Shown piece after piece: positions 57,780 to 64,000 of a stretch of 64,000 nt of DNA. Under the pieces are notes generated by a model. It was not told the origin of the DNA. It saw only the letters and a program-made list of their open reading frames with translations, and made no database searches. Numbering within the stretch: position 1 is the stretch's first letter; each line of letters starts with the position of its first letter. The translations under genes and the position numbers were made by a program. This DNA is from a virus. Its lineage: Duplodnaviria; Caudoviricetes. The stretch lies in the IMG/VR virus record IMGVR_UViG_3300032305_002766, positions 15,366 through 79,365 of that record, one strand, 5' to 3'.

Positions 57780-59248
57780 GTTACTGTATAGTTTAGGGCT
57801 GCTGTTTTTAAATCCCAAGCACCTCCTGCGTTTATGTTAAATTTGAATTTTTTAGTTATACCTATATTTGTTCCAATACTAGGAAGCATTACATATGGGG
57901 ATTTTAATAAAACATCATTATAGTATGAAACATAGGGAGCATAAACCATCAAATTCATTAATTTAATATCTGTGCGTTTACCTACTTTAACATCATACAT
58001 TAAACCTCCAATTATCGCAGTTCCGGTAAATGCTACTTTATAAACTTGACCATATGATACCGTAGCCATATAGACTGCTTTTAAGGTAGGTACTTTTTTA
58101 AACTTAAACATTTGCCCAAATGCTAGAGTACCATATAAAGATTTATTTCCTTCAAATCCAATGGTTGCAGTCCCTGAAAGGAGAATTACTGATTTGGGTC
58201 TCATCCAAGCATAAAAGCATGTAATGTTTGGTCCTTTTAAAGCTGAGGTATAATCGACTAATGCACCCCAACTGCGTTTTCCATCCCATCTCATGGAAGT
58301 ATAACCACCAGTTGCTTTTAACCCAGTCTTGACATCTGAGTTTCTAAAGTTGAAACCAACGAAGTCGCTTGACGCGACTACACTGGGTTTACCTCCTTCT
58401 TTAGAGGTTGGGGTTGATTTAGCTGTTGTTGAAGCTCCGGCTGTTATATTTGTTTTGCCTTCGCTTTTTTCTGACGAGGTTTGCGAACCTTCTTGGTTTG
58501 GATTGGTTTGTTCACCACTTCCGTTCCCTGAGGTGCTACTGGTGTTTTCGCTACCTTGTTCACTACTGGTTTCTCCACTTTCACTTCCACTGCTTGTGGT
58601 TGTTCCTTCACTTCCTCCTCCTTCAGTGGATGAGGTAGAACTGGTACCCCCGCTTCCTTCAGGGTTTCCGCTAGTTTCGCTGCTGCTTGTTCCTGTTCCT
58701 TCTTGCGTTCCACTACTTTGGGTTTGCGTGCTTTGATTAGACTGAGTAGAGACACTACTCCCATTCCCACTAGGATTACTAGAATTACTACTGATATTGT
58801 TGTTTCCATTTTTATTATTTTTGTTATTATTACTTCCTCCATCTCCGGGAGAATTAGATACTGACCCAACTGCTCCTCCTAGGACATTTGTCGCTCCACT
58901 TGTTAAACTTGCAATAGTTGATAAGGAATTTAAAATCCCTATAACATTTAAAGTTGTACTTTGTGTTACATTAATAGCAGTTCCTAATCCTACTATTTGA
59001 GAACATGGAGAATCTTGTCCATATTGGTTAAAAATCCCACTTGCCCACGACTCAAAATTTCCATTTGTAAAATCACTTGCGCTAAATGATCCTAATTCAC
59101 CGTAGTAAGAAACAGTAACATTACCATTTATTGGAACTACTATTGTTTTTAAATTCCCAGTACAAGGATCAGTATAACTATAATTATACGTCTGTGCGTC
59201 TATATTAAATATACACAGTAGGAATAATATAAACAAGTATGTTTTCAA
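57749..59248 (-). CDS. Secreted protein with a long S/T/G/N-rich linker and a C-terminal outer-membrane beta-barrel-like domain
   Basis: Signal peptide, low-complexity linker, then about 200 aa of alternating amphipathic strands. Confidence 0.6.
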   Translation of the reverse strand: MKTYLFILFLLCIFNIDAQTYNYSYTDPCTGNLKTIVVPINGNVTVSYYGELGSFSASDFTNGNFESWASGIFNQYGQDSPCSQIVGLGTAINVTQSTTLNVIGILNSLSTIASLTSGATNVLGGAVGSVSNSPGDGGSNNNKNNKNGNNNISSNSSNPSGNGSSVSTQSNQSTQTQSSGTQEGTGTSSSETSGNPEGSGGTSSTSSTEGGGSEGTTTSSGSESGETSSEQGSENTSSTSGNGSGEQTNPNQEGSQTSSEKSEGKTNITAGASTTAKSTPTSKEGGKPSVVASSDFVGFNFRNSDVKTGLKATGGYTSMRWDGKRSWGALVDYTSALKGPNITCFYAWMRPKSVILLSGTATIGFEGNKSLYGTLAFGQMFKFKKVPTLKAVYMATVSYGQVYKVAFTGTAIIGGLMYDVKVGKRTDIKLMNLMVYAPYVSYYNDVLLKSPYVMLPSIGTNIGITKKFKFNINAGGAWDLKTAALNYTVTCGTRILVGQ

Positions 59249-59973
59249 TTCTTGAATACACCTTTACTAATTAATCGTGATACAACTCGGGATGATGCAG
59301 TTTCTAATGCTTTTTTAGTTGAAATTCCAATTGTAGATTGGTTAAATTTTACTTCATCGGTAACATCTCCCAATATAGAAGACATTTTTACCGTGATTGC
59401 TTCACCTAAACCTGAACCTACAATTATTTGGCCTGTTTCAGCATCTACGAATTTAATTTGCAACCCTAAACGTGTTGTTTGTGTAGTAGTTTGTTTACCA
59501 TCTATTTTAACTATTTCATCTTCTGATACACTGAAATCATAAACTTCAATATAGACGAAATATTTGGCAAGTACTACATTTCCTTTTACTTCTATTTTAT
59601 TTGATGAAATACCTTTATCAGAGGCTTTATCTTGAGCAATCATACGTTGCTTGATATCCTCTTTCTCCTCAGTAAAAGTAAAGCGATTAGTATATTCAAG
59701 ATATTCAATTACAATGTTTGTTACACCTAAACCAACACGTTTATCTTTTAATTCAGGATACATTTCATATAGTTCCTCGTTTATTCCGATTTTAAGTAAT
59801 TGGATAGGAACTTGAATAGAACCATCATAATCAGATACAACATCAAGTGACTGTTTTTTCTCAAATTCAGCTTGATATTGTTCTGTTTTAACAGTACCTA
59901 TATCACCTTGAGCTTGGGCTGTTTTACAAGAAAACAACCCTAGCGTCAATAATATAAATAAAAATCTTACCAT
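59245..59973 (-). CDS. csgG: CsgG/HfaB-like outer-membrane lipoprotein
   Basis: Lipobox LFSC; GLGVTNIVIEYL...RF...E; VYDFS; RLGLQIKFVDAETGQII motifs. Confidence 0.7.
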   Translation of the reverse strand: MVRFLFILLTLGLFSCKTAQAQGDIGTVKTEQYQAEFEKKQSLDVVSDYDGSIQVPIQLLKIGINEELYEMYPELKDKRVGLGVTNIVIEYLEYTNRFTFTEEKEDIKQRMIAQDKASDKGISSNKIEVKGNVVLAKYFVYIEVYDFSVSEDEIVKIDGKQTTTQTTRLGLQIKFVDAETGQIIVGSGLGEAITVKMSSILGDVTDEVKFNQSTIGISTKKALETASSRVVSRLISKGVFKN

Positions 59974-60284
59974 GATTCCTCTTGTGGTTTCTGTACAGAT
60001 GCAGCAGGTTGAGTTGGTTTTTCTACAACTCTTTCACGAATTACTGTTCCACCACCATTTTCAACTTTTTGTTTGTTTTCTTGGTTTTGTTGAACATTTA
60101 CAATTACAGGAGCAGATGATGATGGTTGTTCTGTTTTAGTTTCTTCTTTAGGTTCTTCATCGTGTCCACCACTATAAAGAGTTGTTCCTAACCATACACC
60201 ACCTCCAGTAATTACTGTAGTAAGAGTTCCAATGATCGTTTTTTTAAGGCCTGACCAAGTGCCGTCGTTTGTTTCTTCTGACAT
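59967..60284 (-). CDS. Small single-TM protein with a Q/E/P-rich tail
   Basis: TM IIGTLTTVITGGGVWLG; overlaps the csgG-like start. Confidence 0.6.
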   Translation of the reverse strand: MSEETNDGTWSGLKKTIIGTLTTVITGGGVWLGTTLYSGGHDEEPKEETKTEQPSSSAPVIVNVQQNQENKQKVENGGGTVIRERVVEKPTQPAASVQKPQEESW

Positions 60285-60287
60285 AGC

Positions 60288-62192
60288 TTATTGTTTGAGT
60301 AACTTTGTATTGATTGGGTTTTCGTTATCTAGGGATAAATTAACTACATACATTCCTTGAGCTAATTTACCTAAATCTTTTACATATGTAAATTGTCCTG
60401 CTGGTAATTTTCCGTTTAATATTGTAATTATTTTTCTTCCTTGTAAATCATAAATTGCTAAATTAGCATCAGTAGTTGAAGTTACATTAAATGTAATGGC
60501 AACATTTTCAATTGCTGGATTAGGAGAAATTTCAATTGTATTAGGTGCAATTAATTTACCATTAATAGATTTAAGTACTTGTAAAATCCCATTTGTAGGT
60601 GTAATTTCAAGATCTTTTGAATTAATAGCTCCTGCAAATTTGTCAGTTGTATAAAGTGGACTTTCTAACCACTCGTTTTGTGGTTGTTTAGCTAAAAATT
60701 GCAATGTCATTACTTCATCACCATCTTGCAATGGGTTTAAGTTATTTGTTGCATCATATCCACCCCATTCAACTTCATCGTTATTTGGATTGATATATGT
60801 TAACCATTTCATTACATTTGAAGTAGAATAAGCATTTTTGAATTCAAGTACTGTTGGATCGTATTTTAATCCAAATTGCAATGAATTCAATTCTTGTCCG
60901 TTTGTAAATACTTTTACAGGAATATTAACTAAATTTCCTGCTTGTACAGATAAATGAGGTACGTTTACTTCAATTGTTGCAGTTGGAAAATCATATTCTA
61001 CTGTATTATCAATTACATTATATATTTGATTTTCAATCCCAGGAATTGGATCAATTAAGATTTCAATTGGTGTTTGACGAGCCATATGATATCCCGTTCC
61101 ATTCGCATCACCAGGTACACAAACATAATACGTTACTGTTGAAGGTTGACCTGCTATGATTTCATATGTGAAATTAGTTATACCTGCAATTGTTGAAGTG
61201 TAGTTAGTAGAGGAGTTATTAATTGTAGCATATTCATTTGCCGTAAAGAATTTAACGTTTTTAACGTTATTTGGCCATACTGTAAAATTACCTGATACTT
61301 TAGCAAATACACCATAAGCATCTGAAATTGTTACGTTATCTGATTCATTTACATCTGCTGTATAATAATCAAATCCTGACATTGTGCCATTACCTAATAC
61401 CCATTGGTTAATTAATTGTGCATCAGTTGCAGAAATTGCATTTCCAATACCCATTGTATCACCTTGAATTGCTAAACGTACATCCCAATAAGTTGTATCT
61501 AAGTTAACAGTAAAGGTAAAATCACCAGCAATATCAGTTGTGTAAGCTGAATGTTGGGTCCAAGTAGAACCACCTGCAGGGCGAGTTTGTAAAGCTAATG
61601 GTAAGTTTTTAGCAGGTGTACCTGTTGTGTTTGTAAAGTTCCCAGCAAATGTAAATGTTGGTAGGATAAATTCACCACCATAATTATGTAATGTTAAAGT
61701 AGTATCAATACCATTTTGCTTAGAAGCGTACTGTGAGAAAGTTTGGGTACCTGTCCAAGTTAAGTTAGTAATTGAAGCTAAGTTATTAAAAATTGAGGGT
61801 GGAGCATGTGTAAATGTAACAGCAAATCTTTCTCCTCCAGCTAAAGTATAAGTTGAAGAAGCTCCTGTATAAACAAGAGTAATTGTAATATACCCAGCAG
61901 CTGCATTGGTTACATATTGCATATCTAAGTTGGTTGTAGAACCAATTAAAGCAACAGTAGCATTTGTAAATGCAATGTTGTCATAAAACACACGAAACTG
62001 AGTTGCTGTAAATTTAGTTAAGGTTGTGTTTTGTAACGTTAAATTAGCTGTTGTAAACCCTGTAGCTGTAGGAGCTACTTGATAAGTTGGGTGGATTAAG
62101 GCATAAATACCATTTCCGGGTGCATTCGGTGCTTGGGAGAATACATTAAATGCTGTAAAAGCAAGTAATAAAGATAATAATAAATTTTTCAT
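60288..62192 (-). CDS. T9SS-sorted protein with two cohesin-like domains and a dockerin-like module
   Basis: Signal peptide; VQAGNLVNIPVKV...SLQFGLKYDPTVLEF cohesin; ADVNESDNVTISD dockerin loop; C-terminal ISPNPA...IYDLQGRKI...L..GMYVV...KLLKQ T9SS type A CTD. Confidence 0.85.
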   Translation of the reverse strand: MKNLLLSLLLAFTAFNVFSQAPNAPGNGIYALIHPTYQVAPTATGFTTANLTLQNTTLTKFTATQFRVFYDNIAFTNATVALIGSTTNLDMQYVTNAAAGYITITLVYTGASSTYTLAGGERFAVTFTHAPPSIFNNLASITNLTWTGTQTFSQYASKQNGIDTTLTLHNYGGEFILPTFTFAGNFTNTTGTPAKNLPLALQTRPAGGSTWTQHSAYTTDIAGDFTFTVNLDTTYWDVRLAIQGDTMGIGNAISATDAQLINQWVLGNGTMSGFDYYTADVNESDNVTISDAYGVFAKVSGNFTVWPNNVKNVKFFTANEYATINNSSTNYTSTIAGITNFTYEIIAGQPSTVTYYVCVPGDANGTGYHMARQTPIEILIDPIPGIENQIYNVIDNTVEYDFPTATIEVNVPHLSVQAGNLVNIPVKVFTNGQELNSLQFGLKYDPTVLEFKNAYSTSNVMKWLTYINPNNDEVEWGGYDATNNLNPLQDGDEVMTLQFLAKQPQNEWLESPLYTTDKFAGAINSKDLEITPTNGILQVLKSINGKLIAPNTIEISPNPAIENVAITFNVTSTTDANLAIYDLQGRKIITILNGKLPAGQFTYVKDLGKLAQGMYVVNLSLDNENPINTKLLKQ

Positions 62193-62246
62193 TTTTAGTT
62201 TTAGTTAGTTTAACAAATTAAAACCATTAATAAAACTAAATTTGAT

Positions 62247-62254
62247 TATAAATA
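62247..62254 (-). promoter_or_regulatory. Conserved upstream motif (sense TATTTATA) heading the secreted-protein cluster
   Basis: Exact copy 54 nt upstream of the start at 62192, just after tRNA-Arg. Confidence 0.55.
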
Positions 62255-62266
62255 TTATAAAAATCG

Positions 62267-62340
<74 letters not shown>

Positions 62341-62356
62341 AGTTGAAATTTTTTTG

Positions 62357-62431
62357 TGGCTCCTGCAGGACTCGAACCTACGACCTTCGCGTTATGAGCG
62401 CGCTGCTACTAACCAACTGAGCTAAGAAGCC
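62357..62431 (-). tRNA. tRNA with CAT anticodon (elongator Met or Ile2)
   Basis: GGCTTCT/AGGAGCC acceptor stem; CTCATAA loop; lacks the initiator GGG/CCC stem. Confidence 0.85.
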
Positions 62432-62618
62432 AATAATGTTAAGGGAGAGGAAATTAAAAGTTCGCTGAAAAGGTTTGAATCTTAAGTTTTCCCGTAATTA
62501 AATTTTCAATTTTCAATTTTGAGCTCAATATCATTATCAACATCCAATTATCAGATCTAGAGTACATTACGTTGTAGGTAATCGGTATGCTACTAATTTA
62601 ATCTCACTCCCTCTTAAC

Positions 62619-63050
62619 TTAAATTTTTATGGTTGCGTTGAATGTTTCAATTTCTTCTTGAAGCAATTCAATTTCTTCCTCCCACAATTTTATTTGGTGA
62701 TCTTTTCCAATTAAATCAAAATATGCTGTATATTCAACTGGGGATTGACTATCATAATAATCACGATGAGTACCTTTTTTAGTGTCAATTGATTTAAAAC
62801 GATGAACCATATTTTTTAATTCCGCTATTCTAAAGATTTTACTCATAATAGGAGCATTAGAAATCTGAATTTTGGTTTTCAAATCGATTAATTCATTTGT
62901 TAATTTTACCCAAGCATCAAATGATTCATCTGCTTTATAAGGCACATCACTATCAACTACTGTTGAATTAAATTTTGAAAAACGTGCAAACATTTCATCT
63001 GCTTGTTTAATCAATTTTTTCTTTTGTTTTAGGGCTTTAGTTAAATTCAT
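62619..63050 (-). CDS. Coiled-coil protein (DIP1984-like, from memory) inside the tRNA array
   Basis: MNLTKALKQKKKL...ELIDLKTKIQISN...IAELK...EIELLQEEIETFNATIKI pattern. Confidence 0.6.
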   Translation of the reverse strand: MNLTKALKQKKKLIKQADEMFARFSKFNSTVVDSDVPYKADESFDAWVKLTNELIDLKTKIQISNAPIMSKIFRIAELKNMVHRFKSIDTKKGTHRDYYDSQSPVEYTAYFDLIGKDHQIKLWEEEIELLQEEIETFNATIKI

Positions 63051-63140
63051 GTAACTTGTTTTTTATTTGTTTAATATAATAAAACATATTGGAAATTCCA
63101 AACTTAATATTGTAGCTTTTAATAGTTGTAAAAATATTTG

Positions 63141-63214
63141 CACGCCTGGATGGATTCGAACCACCAACACTCGGATTTGGAATCCGATGCTCTACCAGTT
63201 GGAGCTACAGACGC
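63141..63214 (-). tRNA. tRNA-Trp (CCA)
   Basis: TCGGA-TTCCAAA-TCCGA anticodon arm; G73 discriminator. Confidence 0.9.
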
Positions 63215-63365
63215 ATAATGACTGTCTAGGTACCACCGACTCTTACCTATTCTTGGGCCGACCAGTCATCAATCGTAGGAGCCTTCTCACTCCGCGTTAG
63301 TGCATACAGGGATCAATCTGTTTCTTACATATTGCACATACTAGTCACCAATCAAGTGACACGTG

Positions 63366-63435
63366 TAGTCAGGACAGGATTCGAACCTGTAACTTTCGTA
63401 CAAATAACTAGCGTCTACCATTCCGCCACCTAACT
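63366..63435 (-). ncRNA. tRNA-like RNA with an aberrant anticodon arm (pseudo-tRNA)
   Basis: Acceptor AGTTAGG/CCTGACT, Leu-type D arm GGCGGAATGGTAGACGC and T arm ACAGG-TTCGAAT-CCTGT are intact; only ~20 nt without a canonical stem lie between them. Confidence 0.65.
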
Positions 63436-63534
63436 ATATGCCCACCCCGTAGATGGGCTGCTCAACTTAAGGTATTGAGATCGCAAGAACAAGTCTCTGA
63501 CCAAGTCATCTACAATTTTTGCAGAGACATTTAG

Positions 63535-63607
63535 TAGCGGGGGCAGGACTCGAACCTGCGTCCTCGGGTTATGAGCCCGCCAAGAATACCATCTTCTCCA
63601 CCCCGCA
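63535..63607 (-). tRNA. Initiator tRNA-fMet (CAT)
   Basis: GGG/CCC anticodon-stem triplet, CTCATAA loop, unpaired 1:72 (T:T). Confidence 0.85.
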
Positions 63608-63613
63608 ATATAG

Positions 63614-63766
63614 TAGCTCTAGTAGGAATCGAACCCACCTTGTAAACTACTTGTAATATGCCTTGACTTAAGTAACTCCGATCCTAGTATTAAGGAGTGT
63701 CAAACCAAATTACCCTCATTTACCCACTCGCAGCTGCCAGGAGCGACCTGCGCTTGCTATAGAGCC
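63614..63766 (-). ncRNA. 153-nt structured RNA with a tRNA-like acceptor stem and T arm
   Basis: GGCTCTA/TAGAGCT acceptor stem; GTGGG-TTCGATT-CCTAC T arm; internal hairpins CGCAG/CTGCG, TTGAC/GTCAA, ACTCC/GGAGT. Confidence 0.6.
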
Positions 63767-63773
63767 ATATTTG

Positions 63774-63845
63774 ATTCTCATGAAGGATTCGAACCTTCGT
63801 CTGGGCACTCAACGTACCCCGACTTTACCACTTGTCCAATGAGAA
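63774..63845 (-). tRNA. tRNA-Gln (TTG)-like with an atypical anticodon loop
   Basis: TTCTCAT/ATGAGAA acceptor (T1-A72); loop CGTTGAG, with G at position 33. Confidence 0.65.
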
Positions 63846-63943
63846 AACTGTTACACACTTTCATCGGCAAATTACTAATGCATATCAGACCCTTATAGTA
63901 TTGGAAATACTTGCCGGTACTTCACTTTCCTACCCAGGTTTTG

Positions 63944-64000
63944 TATTCGGTACGGGGTTCGAACCCGTGCCTCTGCCGTGAAAGGGCAGCGTGTTAACCA
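63944..64000 (-). tRNA. tRNA-Glu (TTC), 5' end beyond the window
   Basis: CTGCC-CTTTCAC-GGCAG anticodon arm; ACGGG-TTCGAAC-CCCGT T arm. Confidence 0.85.

Noticed and set aside
63067-63300. 77-aa plus-strand ORF
   Set aside because: Overlaps tRNA-Trp on the opposite strand; spurious.

Overview
This 64-kb window is part of an AT-rich, T4-like (gp17/gp20/gp21/gp23/gp6/gp25) large myophage genome. All credible genes lie on the minus strand, and the standard genetic code fits. A T9SS C-terminal sorting domain and an Hc1-like protein point to a Bacteroidota host (inference). Gene order along the window: partial tail fibre; PhoH; a phosphatidylserine-decarboxylase-fold and amidinotransferase-fold gene pair; HNH endonuclease; head module (MCP, scaffold, prohead protease, portal, large terminase); about 18 kb of mostly hypothetical genes whose products carry recurring [LIVM]-x-E motifs; exonuclease, primase and GIY-YIG protein; baseplate block; sigma-like factor and HD hydrolase; two endolysins and a holin; a six- to seven-gene secreted/outer-membrane cluster (CsgG-like, beta-barrel, C-type lectin-dockerin, cohesin-dockerin-T9SS); and a tRNA array that includes tRNA-like non-canonical RNAs. 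The strongest leads are: (1) an apparent prohead-protease-processed cargo system, including a 1220-aa polyprotein whose enzyme modules are separated by LxE-type sites; (2) a phage-encoded T9SS/cohesin-dockerin/CsgG cell-surface assembly; (3) a possible Arg->Orn->putrescine two-gene route using a PSD-fold decarboxylase; (4) a probable -1 frameshift at A-AAA-AAG; (5) a 153-nt RNA with tRNA-like ends. Family assignments come from motif recognition by eye; no database searches were run.
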